A stretch of DNA of 64,000 nucleotides from Candidatus Krumholzibacteriota bacterium (GTDB lineage Bacteria > Krumholzibacteriota > Krumholzibacteriia > JAJRXK01). The stretch lies in contig CAVSGG010000010.1 of the NCBI GenBank assembly GCA_963727455.1, positions 99,330 through 163,329 of the forward strand, given 5' to 3'. A model generated the notes under the pieces. It had not been told where the DNA came from. It did no database searches and saw only the letters and a list, made by a program, of their open reading frames with translations. Positions 56,410 to 64,000 of this stretch are shown piece after piece (position 1 is the first letter of the stretch; every line of letters starts with the position of its first letter). Both the position numbers and the translations under genes were made by a program.

Positions 56410-57705
56410 CTAGAGTCGATAGAGATGATCCGAGGTTTCTCCGCGCAGAGCGTTGCGCGTGTCGACTACGCTCTTGCAATGCTTGGCGAAGAGGGTGTGA
56501 TCGACGTCCGCATGTGCGGTGGTGATGACGGCGCAATCGAAATCCGCGAGATCTTCTTCCCCGATTTCCACCAAGCGCTGTGCGTCGAGCGGGAGCGGGA
56601 GCGTCTCGACGTGCGGATCGTACCACCATGTCTCGGCTCCCATCTCGGTGATCTGTTGCACTACGTCCAGCGCCGGCGATTCGCGTGTGTCATCGATCCC
56701 CGCCTTGTAGGCAATCCCCACGATGAGAATCTTGCTACCGCGGATCGCTTTGCCTTTGTCGTTGAGCGCTTTGGCTACGAGCTGCAGGACGAAACCCGGC
56801 ATGCTGCTGTTGATGACTCCCGCAAGCTCGATGAAGCGCGCCTCGAATCCGTGTGCGCGCGCCTTCCAACTGAGGTAGAAGGGATCGATCGGAATACAGT
56901 GTCCTCCCAGACCCGGACCGGGATAGAAGGGCATGAAGCCGAAGGGCTTGGTTGCCGCCGCATCGATGACTTCCCAGACGTTGATGTCCATCTTGCTGCA
57001 CATCTGCGCCATCTCGTTCACCAGACCGATGTTCACGCTGCGGAAGGTGTTCTCCAGTAACTTCACAGTTTCCGCCACTCGGGCGCTGGACACGGGCACT
57101 ACCTGACTTAGCGAGGCGCGGTAGAGCGCGACTGCAGTCTCGGTGCAGGCGGGTGTGATCCCCCCCACGATCTTAGGGATGTTCTTCGTGCTGAAGCGTG
57201 CGTTGCCGGGGTCCACCCTCTCCGGCGAAAAGGCCAAGAAGAAATCCTCTCCCACTTTCAATCCGGTGCTCTCCAGTCGCGGCAGGATCACCTCTTCGGT
57301 GGTTCCCGGATAGGTGGTGCTCTCCAGGATGATCAGCATGCCGGGATGTAGATTCTCGACGATCTTCTCCACCGCTGCGTTGATGTAGCTGATGTCCGGA
57401 TCGCGGGTCTTGGAGAGTGGTGTCGGGACACAGATGTTCACACTGTCGCACGATTGGAGCACGCTGAAGTCGGTGGTGGCGCGGAACCGCCCCTTCGAGA
57501 TCAGCTGAGCGACCGTGTCCGACTTGACGTCCCCGACGTAGCTCTCACCCTGCGTGAGCCTCTCCACCTTCTTGGTATCCAGATCGATGCCGGCGACCTC
57601 GAAGCCACTGCTCGCGTATTCGACGGCCAGAGGCAGTCCCACGTAACCCAGCCCGATGACGGCCAGCCGGGCTGAGCCATCCTTGAGTTTTTCTTGAAAT
57701 GTCAT
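56410..57705 (-). CDS. UDP-N-acetyl-hexosamine/nucleotide-sugar 6-dehydrogenase
   Basis: GLGYVGLPLA, ICVPTPL, ESTTYPGTT, SPERVDPGN, KLLENTFR, GPGLGGHCIP, DTRESP. Confidence 0.92.
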   Translation of the reverse strand: MTFQEKLKDGSARLAVIGLGYVGLPLAVEYASSGFEVAGIDLDTKKVERLTQGESYVGDVKSDTVAQLISKGRFRATTDFSVLQSCDSVNICVPTPLSKTRDPDISYINAAVEKIVENLHPGMLIILESTTYPGTTEEVILPRLESTGLKVGEDFFLAFSPERVDPGNARFSTKNIPKIVGGITPACTETAVALYRASLSQVVPVSSARVAETVKLLENTFRSVNIGLVNEMAQMCSKMDINVWEVIDAAATKPFGFMPFYPGPGLGGHCIPIDPFYLSWKARAHGFEARFIELAGVINSSMPGFVLQLVAKALNDKGKAIRGSKILIVGIAYKAGIDDTRESPALDVVQQITEMGAETWWYDPHVETLPLPLDAQRLVEIGEEDLADFDCAVITTAHADVDHTLFAKHCKSVVDTRNALRGETSDHLYRL

Positions 57706-57707
57706 GG

Positions 57708-58760
57708 TCAATCCTCAGGCGCAGGAGCATTTGGGACTGCGGGTGACAGGGGATATCCGAGGCGATCCCGGCCCTCCGACTTGGCCAGGTAGAGACGATC
57801 ATCGGCCCGGCTCAAAAGCTCGCGCGCAGAATCTCCGTCTTCGGGATACACCGCGATCCCCGCGCTGACGGTGAGCCGGCGCTGGGGATCGTCCTGGAAT
57901 CGATGGTTGGAGACTCTGCGAAGCATCCTCTCCGCGAACACGATCGATCCCGCCGCGTTGGTATTCGGCAGAATCAGACTGAACTCATCGCCTCCGTACT
58001 TGGCGATGATGTCGATTTCGCGTGCGTCGGTTTTCAAGAGGGATCCCATCTCGCGCAAGGCAGAACTCCCGGCCAAATGACCGTTCACGTCATTGTATTC
58101 TTTGAGGTTGTCGACATCAACCATGACCACCGCGAAGGGCTCCTCGAAACGGCGGGCCCGTTTCACCTCGCGATGCAAGGCGTCCATGAAGTAGCGGTAG
58201 TTGTACAGACCGGTGAGGCCGTCCGTACTGGCTTCGGTTTCCAGCCGGTGGTAGAGACGAGCCAGCTCCAGCACCACCGAGGCTTGATTGGCCAGGAAGC
58301 CGAGCAGCTTGGCGTCCTCCGAAGAAAAGGAGGACTCCTGGGGAAAGACCATGAGGATCCCCCTCGTCTTTCCCCCTGCGAAGAGTGGCGAGGACATCGG
58401 GGGACCGAAGGCAATGCTCTCTTGGAAGCTGCCGGTTTCCTCCATCAGGAGTTCCGGCGGCTGTAGGAGGGCCTCGGCCTGCTCCTGCTGAATCCACTTC
58501 ACGAGATTGGTGCTCCGGGACAGCAGCTGGGCGCTGAGGACCTCCCTGCCCCGCTCGTCGCGCGAGAGGACCAGACGGCGAATCCGCTCATTTTCCACCA
58601 GCAGCAAATGGACGAAACGCGCATCCAGCAACGAGAGCGCGCTGCGCAGAATCCGCTCCAGAATCTGCTCTTCCCGATGGGGCCCCGCGCTGATCAAGCC
58701 CGAAAGCTCGTAGATCGCCTCAAAGAGGCGTTCCCAGCGGGTGCTGTCGTAACTTTCCAT
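57708..58760 (-). CDS. GAF + GGDEF diguanylate cyclase
   Basis: TDGLTGLYN, DVDNLKEYNDVNGH.AG, REID-IIAKY-GGDEF (I-site plus intact active site), ADDRLYLAK. Confidence 0.92.
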   Translation of the reverse strand: MESYDSTRWERLFEAIYELSGLISAGPHREEQILERILRSALSLLDARFVHLLLVENERIRRLVLSRDERGREVLSAQLLSRSTNLVKWIQQEQAEALLQPPELLMEETGSFQESIAFGPPMSSPLFAGGKTRGILMVFPQESSFSSEDAKLLGFLANQASVVLELARLYHRLETEASTDGLTGLYNYRYFMDALHREVKRARRFEEPFAVVMVDVDNLKEYNDVNGHLAGSSALREMGSLLKTDAREIDIIAKYGGDEFSLILPNTNAAGSIVFAERMLRRVSNHRFQDDPQRRLTVSAGIAVYPEDGDSARELLSRADDRLYLAKSEGRDRLGYPLSPAVPNAPAPED

Positions 58761-58800
58761 GAATTTCCCGATCCGGTGTGCGGTACCTCACCCCGGGATA

Positions 58801-58816
58801 AGCAACTAGTGTGCCT
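58801..58816 (-). promoter_or_regulatory. Sigma-54 promoter of the DGC/nucleotide-sugar operon
   Basis: AGGCAC-ACTAG-TTGCT, 41 nt above ATG 58760. Confidence 0.72.
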
Positions 58817-58853
58817 TTGCGTTCCAAGTTCTTCCTCAACAAGGTGTTAGCTC

Positions 58854-59264
58854 TCAATCTTCATCCTCGGGGCCGATCTCTCGTCGCAGCTTGCTCAGAA
58901 TCTCGCTCTGCTCGGTGCGCAGCTCGCGGATCTCACGCCAGCCACTGCGCGCGCGCAAGAGACAGAAGATCAGGGCGAGGGCGGCCAGGCCCGGCAGTCC
59001 GTAACGCCAGAAGATCGAGCGATCGGAAAGATGGGCGGCGGCGACTCTCCACAGCGAACGCCCCAAGGGGATCATCATGAAGGCCAGGGCGAGCCAGAGA
59101 ATCAGAGAGGTAAATTCACGGGCGAGGATTTGCCGGTTGCGGCGATATTTCTGCAGTAGGCGGTTTCCCGAGGCAGCCCGACCGTCGCGAAAGCGCGACC
59201 GGTACTTTTCCCGCAGGCGCTCGCTACGTGCCCCGCTTCGACCGGTCTTCAGGAAGCTCCTCAA
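58854..59264 (-). CDS. Small two-TM membrane protein (start uncertain)
   Basis: Basic N-terminus, two hydrophobic helices, coiled-coil tail. Confidence 0.5.
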   Translation of the reverse strand: MRSFLKTGRSGARSERLREKYRSRFRDGRAASGNRLLQKYRRNRQILAREFTSLILWLALAFMMIPLGRSLWRVAAAHLSDRSIFWRYGLPGLAALALIFCLLRARSGWREIRELRTEQSEILSKLRREIGPEDED

Positions 59265-59442
59265 AGTCCGCCTCCTCGATTTTCTGTTCGCTCAGGACTT
59301 CGGATGTCGGGGATTTGCGCCCTCCTACCGGTCCGCTCTTGTGCGAGGAAACGCGCGCGGCGCCTCCCCCGGTGAACCACTGGAGAAGGCGGCGCACGGC
59401 CCAAAACGCCAAGAGCAGCAGAAGTACACGCGTGAAAAACAT
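59224..59442 (-). CDS. Small single-TM protein ending in an IEEADFEE motif
   Basis: MFFTRVLLLLLAFWAVRRLL...KIEEADFEEL, a common small-membrane-protein layout. Confidence 0.6.
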   Translation of the reverse strand: MFFTRVLLLLLAFWAVRRLLQWFTGGGAARVSSHKSGPVGGRKSPTSEVLSEQKIEEADFEELPEDRSKRGT

Positions 59443-59512
59443 AGCCGCGGTAGAAGTTGAACGAAAGATGCCGCCGGAACACGGCAACATCCCGTGGACT
59501 TTCGGCGGAAAG

Positions 59513-59589
59513 TGGTGTGCCCGGCAGGATTCGAACCTGTGACCTTCGGTTCCGGAGACCGACGCTCTATCCAACTGAGCTACGGGCAC
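59513..59589 (-). tRNA. tRNA-Arg (anticodon CCG)
   Basis: GTGCCCG acceptor, TCGGT-CT-CCG-GA-ACCGA arm, GGTTCGAATCC, encoded CCA. Confidence 0.96.
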
Positions 59590-59675
59590 GGCCATCGCGA
59601 AGGTCGCGCCGGGAGACCCGGCGCGACGGTGACCAATATGCCAAATCAGGCTTGATGCTGCAACGACGGAGGGCC

Positions 59676-60896
59676 CTAGGGAGAGGACTCCTCGCGGGCG
59701 CGCACGGCTTCGACGTCCTTGTCGCCCCGCCCGGAGAGATTCACCACCACCAGGTCCTTCTTGCTGAGCTCGGGCATGAGCCGCTCCAGCCACGCCAAGG
59801 CGTGGGAAGATTCCAGAGCGGGTACGATCCCCTCCAGCTCGCTGAGTCGATGGAAAGCGGCCAGGGCTTCGGCATCGGACACCTTGGTGAACTGGATGCG
59901 CCCCACGCTCTGATAGTACGCATGCTCCGGGCCGACGCTGGGATAATCCAAGCCGGCCGATACGCTGTGCGTGGGGAGAACGTTGCCGTCCTCGTCCTGC
60001 AACAAGTAGCTGCGAGTTCCGTGCAGGACCCCGGGCCGTCCGGAAAAGAAGCGAGCTGCATGCTCCCCCCTACCCTCGCCGCGTCCTCCCGCTTCCACCC
60101 CGATCATCCGAACTTGGCGATCGCCGAGAAAGGCGTGGAAAAGACCGATGGCGTTGCTGCCACCTCCCACGCAGGCCAAGAGCTGCGAGGGTAGAGTTCC
60201 CGCTTGCTCGAGAATTTGTTGCCGTGCCTCCACCCCGATCACTCTCTGGAAGTGGCGCACCATGAGAGGAAAGGGATGGGGCCCCAGCACGCTGCCCAGC
60301 ACGTAGTGCGTGGTCTCGACCGAGGCCACCCAATCCCGGATCGCCTCGTTGATCGCGTCTTTCAGCGTGCGGCTTCCGCTGTCGACCCCGACCACCTCCG
60401 CCCCGAGAAGGCGCATCCGATAGACGTTCAGAGCCTGGCGTTCCATGTCCACCGTGCCCATGTAGATCACGCAAGCGAGGCCGAGAGCGGCGCAGGCGGT
60501 GGCGGTAGCCACGCCATGCTGTCCAGCTCCGGTCTCCGCGATGATCCGTGACTTGTGCATTCGCTTGGCCAGGAGCACTTGTCCCAGAGCGTTGTTGATC
60601 TTGTGCGCACCCGTATGCGCGAGATCCTCACGCTTCAACCAGATGGGTGCGCTCGCATAGTGCGCGCTCAATCGGCGGGCGAAGGTCAAGGCGGTCGGAC
60701 GTCCCGCGTAGTTCCGCAGCAAATCGCTCAGCTCTGCCGTGAAGCCGGGGTCGTTCCGCGCCGCCTTGAATGCCTTCTCCAATTCCGTCAACGGACCCAT
60801 CAGTGTCTCGGGCATGTAGCGCCCGCCGAAGGGACCAAAGCGTCCGTCCTCCCCCAATCTCTCATCAAAGACGAACTCGGATTCGCCAGTACTCAT
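59676..60896 (-). CDS. trpB: Tryptophan synthase beta chain
   Basis: [63 protein letters not shown]. Confidence 0.97.
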   Translation of the reverse strand: MSTGESEFVFDERLGEDGRFGPFGGRYMPETLMGPLTELEKAFKAARNDPGFTAELSDLLRNYAGRPTALTFARRLSAHYASAPIWLKREDLAHTGAHKINNALGQVLLAKRMHKSRIIAETGAGQHGVATATACAALGLACVIYMGTVDMERQALNVYRMRLLGAEVVGVDSGSRTLKDAINEAIRDWVASVETTHYVLGSVLGPHPFPLMVRHFQRVIGVEARQQILEQAGTLPSQLLACVGGGSNAIGLFHAFLGDRQVRMIGVEAGGRGEGRGEHAARFFSGRPGVLHGTRSYLLQDEDGNVLPTHSVSAGLDYPSVGPEHAYYQSVGRIQFTKVSDAEALAAFHRLSELEGIVPALESSHALAWLERLMPELSKKDLVVVNLSGRGDKDVEAVRAREESSP

Positions 60897-61525
60897 ACCA
60901 GGCCCCTTTCCTCGTCGAATTCGTGCACCGCCCTGAGGAATGCGGCCAGTTTGTCGGGATCCTTGCGACCCGGCGCGCTCTCGACCCCGCTGGATACGTC
61001 CACCGCGAAGGGGTGCACTTGGCCGATGGCGCTCGCCACGTTGTCCGCAGTCAGTCCCCCGGATAAAAACACCCGGCGGCGCTTGGCCAAGGCCACCGCC
61101 CGCTGCCAGGGAAAGACCTGCCCACTCCCGCCGCCCTGGGGCGAGGCGCTGTCCAGGAGGGTGGCCCAGCTCGATTCCCGCAGCCGCGAAGGCGTCACGC
61201 GCGCTTGCGTGACCGCCCGTGCCTCGATCACGCGTACCGGCAGTCCCTGCCACTCCGCGCCGCGTTCCTTGCCGTGGAGCTGCACCAAGTCCAAATCGAG
61301 TCGTTCCACCGCCTGCAGGACTTCCTCGAGGGACTGATCGCGAAACACCCCTACCAATTCGGCCTCTTCGCGCAACTCGTCCAGCCAGGGAAGTATCTCC
61401 TCCGCCCGCACCCGACGTGGGCTCTCGGCAAAGACGAAACCCAGGTAGTCCGCCCCGTGACGCAGGGCACTGTGCGCATCCTCCGGGCGCGTGAGTCCGC
61501 AGATCTTTACGCGTACCGTCTTCAT
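60893..61525 (-). CDS. trpF: Phosphoribosylanthranilate isomerase
   Basis: [41 protein letters not shown]. Confidence 0.94.
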   Translation of the reverse strand: MKTVRVKICGLTRPEDAHSALRHGADYLGFVFAESPRRVRAEEILPWLDELREEAELVGVFRDQSLEEVLQAVERLDLDLVQLHGKERGAEWQGLPVRVIEARAVTQARVTPSRLRESSWATLLDSASPQGGGSGQVFPWQRAVALAKRRRVFLSGGLTADNVASAIGQVHPFAVDVSSGVESAPGRKDPDKLAAFLRAVHEFDEERGLV

Positions 61526-62331
61526 GCCTTCTCCTGAAAGAGCTGGGCGAAGCGAAGACGCGGACTGTCCCCGCGCATCAGGCCCTCGCCCACGAGCGCC
61601 GCATCCACGGGGCTGAGCGCGGCCTGCTTCGCTTGCTTTGACTCCAGGATTCCGCTCTCCACCACACATACTCTGTCCGCAGGGACTCGGGCGCACAGCT
61701 TGAGTGCTTTCTCAAGATCCACCTGGAACGTACTTAAATCACGAGCATTACAGCCTATGATCGGGAGCTCCAGGGCCAGCAGCCGCTGCAGTTCCTCTTC
61801 GCCGTGGGCCTCGGCCAAGACCTCCAGCCCGAGCTCCTGCGCACGATCCCGGAAAGCGAGGAGTTGTTGATCGGGAAGAACCGCAGCAAGCAGCAGGACC
61901 GCGTCCGCGCCGGCCACGCGCGCTTCCAAGAGCTGATAGGGGTCCAGGATGAAATCCTTTCGCAGGAGCGGCAGAGCGACGGCCTGGCGCGCCTCCCTCA
62001 GCACCTCGAGGCTGCCGCCGAAATGGTCCTCTTCGGTGAGCACCGACAGCGCCCGGCAGCCGGCCGCCTCCAGTTCGCGCGCCAAGGTCCCGGGCTGGAA
62101 ATCCTCCCGGATGATCCCGGCCGAGGGCGAGCTGCGCTTCAACTCGCCGATCACGCGCAAAGGCGCCGCGCCATGTTTTCCCTTGCCCGGCCGGCGTAGA
62201 GCTTGGCTCAGAGAGCGCGTGGGGGGCAGCGAAGCGCAGTCCTGGGCGAGGCGGGCGAGAGGTCGCGCGCGGCGGCGCTCCTCCAGGCGTGCGCGAACCG
62301 AGACGAGAATCTCCTGCAGATGCCGACTCAA
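61522..62331 (-). CDS. trpC: Indole-3-glycerol phosphate synthase
   Basis: [48 protein letters not shown]. Confidence 0.94.
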   Translation of the reverse strand: MSRHLQEILVSVRARLEERRRARPLARLAQDCASLPPTRSLSQALRRPGKGKHGAAPLRVIGELKRSSPSAGIIREDFQPGTLARELEAAGCRALSVLTEEDHFGGSLEVLREARQAVALPLLRKDFILDPYQLLEARVAGADAVLLLAAVLPDQQLLAFRDRAQELGLEVLAEAHGEEELQRLLALELPIIGCNARDLSTFQVDLEKALKLCARVPADRVCVVESGILESKQAKQAALSPVDAALVGEGLMRGDSPRLRFAQLFQEKA

Positions 62332-63377
62332 GGCTCGGCCCCGTGTTCGTGAGTGAAGCGCAGGTAGGTGCGCAGGACTTCTTCTGCGTCTCCTGAATCG
62401 ATGCTCTTCGCCGCGCGCGCCACCCCCTCTTTCAGGTCCTCCACCAAGTCCGCCACCAAAAGCGCCGCCGCTGCATTCAGGACGATCGCGTCGCGTCGCG
62501 CACCCTTCTTCCCTTGCAACACTTCCCGCAAAATGGCCGCGTTCTCGCGCGCATCACCACCCTTCAGCGCTTCCGGTGGATGGGGACCCAGACTGAATTC
62601 GGCGGGATCCACACGGCCCTCGCGGAGACTCCCGTCCACCAAGAGAGTACGGCTTTGGGCGCAGACGCTGAGTTCGTCGAGTCCGTCGTCTCCGTGCACC
62701 AGTAGCGCACGGCGCGTGCCCAGTTCCTGTAGAGCCTCGCCTAGTTTTGCCAAAAGCTGTCCGTCGTATACGCCCACGACTTGATGCGGTGCCGCGGCCG
62801 GATTCACCAAAGGACCCAGCAGATTGAACGCGGTGCGCACCCCCAGCGCTCTGCGTGGCTCCACCGCATATTTCAGGGCAGAATGGTGTCGAGGTGCGAA
62901 GAGAAAGCCGAAGCCCAACTGGTCGATGGCCTCTTGTACCTTCTCCTTCGTCAATTCGAGACGCGCGCCCAGGGCCTCCATCACGTCCGCGCTTCCACAC
63001 CGACTGCTTACCGAACGGTTTCCGTGTTTGGCGACGTGGGCGCCCGCGCCCGCTGCAACCAACGCGGCCCCGGTCGAGATGTTGAAAGTGTGTGCGCCAT
63101 CTCCTCCGGTTCCACAGGTATCCACCAGAGGTTCACGAGTGCAGCGAATGAGATCGGCATGGGCGCGAACCGCCTCGGCGAATCCCACGATCTCCTGCAC
63201 GCTCTCACCCTTCTGCCTGAGGGCGATGAGCCAGCCGGCGATCCAGGGTACGCTGGCTTCGCCCTGGAGAATGGTCTCCATCACTTTGCGGGCGGTCTCG
63301 CGGCCAAGATCCTCACGGGAAAGCGCGCTGCGCAGGACCTGTTTCAGGTCCAGGGAGTTGTCGTTCTGAGCTCTCAT
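62328..63377 (-). CDS. trpD: Anthranilate phosphoribosyltransferase
   Basis: DTCGTGGDG..TFNIST, AKHGNRSVSSRCGSAD, FNLLGPLVNP, DGLDE. Confidence 0.96.
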   Translation of the reverse strand: MRAQNDNSLDLKQVLRSALSREDLGRETARKVMETILQGEASVPWIAGWLIALRQKGESVQEIVGFAEAVRAHADLIRCTREPLVDTCGTGGDGAHTFNISTGAALVAAGAGAHVAKHGNRSVSSRCGSADVMEALGARLELTKEKVQEAIDQLGFGFLFAPRHHSALKYAVEPRRALGVRTAFNLLGPLVNPAAAPHQVVGVYDGQLLAKLGEALQELGTRRALLVHGDDGLDELSVCAQSRTLLVDGSLREGRVDPAEFSLGPHPPEALKGGDARENAAILREVLQGKKGARRDAIVLNAAAALLVADLVEDLKEGVARAAKSIDSGDAEEVLRTYLRFTHEHGAEP

Positions 63378-63967
63378 CGGCACAACTCCAACCAGTTGCG
63401 CAGAATCAGGATCCCGTCCTCGGTCAGGATGGATTCGGGATGGAACTGCACGCCCCAGCTCTCGCTCTGCTTGTGTTTGATCGCCATGATCTCATCGTCG
63501 GCCGTCCAGGCCACCACCTCGAAATCGGTGGGAAGACCACTGCGCGGCACCTCGAGGCTGTGATAGCGCGTGGCGGTGAAGGGATTCTTCAAGCCGCGGA
63601 AGATTCCGCGTTCGCCATGCAGCACGCGCGAGGTCTTCCCGTGCAGGATGTGGCGTGCCTGTCCGATCGACCCTCCGAAGGCCTGGGCCAGAGCCTGGTG
63701 ACCCAGACACACACCCAGGACGGGGATCTTGCCGGCGAAGGCCGAGATCGCCTTCAGGCTGATTCCCGCGTCGTCGGGAGTTCCTGGACCCGGGGAGATG
63801 AGCAGGGCATCGGGCCGCAGACGACGAATCCCCGCCACGCTGATCTCGTCGTTCCGCCGCACCTCGATGCGGGCCCCGAGTTCGCCCAGATACTGTACCA
63901 GGTTGAAGGTGAAGCTGTCGTAATTGTCCAGCACCAGGACGAGCGGCTGCGTAGATTTCGCGCTCAT
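63374..63967 (-). CDS. trpG: Anthranilate synthase component II (glutamine amidotransferase)
   Basis: DNYDSFTFNL, ISPGPG.P, GVCLGHQ, RYHSL, GVQFHPES. Confidence 0.94.
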   Translation of the reverse strand: MSAKSTQPLVLVLDNYDSFTFNLVQYLGELGARIEVRRNDEISVAGIRRLRPDALLISPGPGTPDDAGISLKAISAFAGKIPVLGVCLGHQALAQAFGGSIGQARHILHGKTSRVLHGERGIFRGLKNPFTATRYHSLEVPRSGLPTDFEVVAWTADDEIMAIKHKQSESWGVQFHPESILTEDGILILRNWLELCR

Positions 63968-64000
63968 TGCAGCTCTCCCCTCTCGGCCCACTGGATGGCC
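63964..64000 (-). CDS. 3' end of an upstream gene, probably anthranilate synthase component I
   Basis: ...AIQWAERGELQ* with an ATGA overlap onto trpG; assigned by operon position only. Confidence 0.45.
   Translation of the reverse strand, partial: AIQWAERGELQ

Noticed and set aside
39448-59589. EPS/PEP-CTERM locus as a tRNA-Arg-integrated genomic island
   Set aside because: No integrase, no duplicated tRNA 3' end near the far boundary, and no obvious compositional shift by eye.

Overview
GC-rich chromosomal segment of a diderm bacterium (lapA/lapB, lptE and a PorV-family barrel are present; an FCB-related candidate phylum is a plausible guess only). The window spans the replication terminus: a near-canonical 28-bp dif site lies at 37284-37311, and gene orientation flips there from almost all + to almost all -. 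The left arm is housekeeping: dapF, rpsT, uvrC, xerD, scpAB, rluB, hisC, aroA, a cmk-plsC fusion, rpsA, mtaB, miaB, lapAB, mutS/mutL, miaA, der, plsY, gpsA, surE, pcm, an nlpD-like gene, apt and four tRNAs. The right arm carries trxA-holA-lptE, then a ~19 kb PEP-CTERM/exosortase/exopolysaccharide locus, then tRNA-Arg(CCG) and a trp operon with no trpA after trpB. The most interesting candidate system is that locus. It pairs the exosortase with a PorV/PorQ-family (T9SS-shuttle-like) barrel, starts with an intact diguanylate cyclase under a sigma-54 promoter, has a priming glycosyltransferase with an Arg-rich ERR insert, and ends in a GAF/PAS kinase plus an NtrC-type activator. A consensus sigma-54 site also precedes a multi-GAF/degenerate-GGDEF (RxxD-retaining) gene between mutS and mutL, suggesting a sigma-54/c-di-GMP circuit. 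Two genes (a SPOR/TPR gene and miaA) are frameshifted, probably by assembly errors. No CRISPR array, prophage or transposase was seen. All family calls come from motif recognition by eye, not from database searches.
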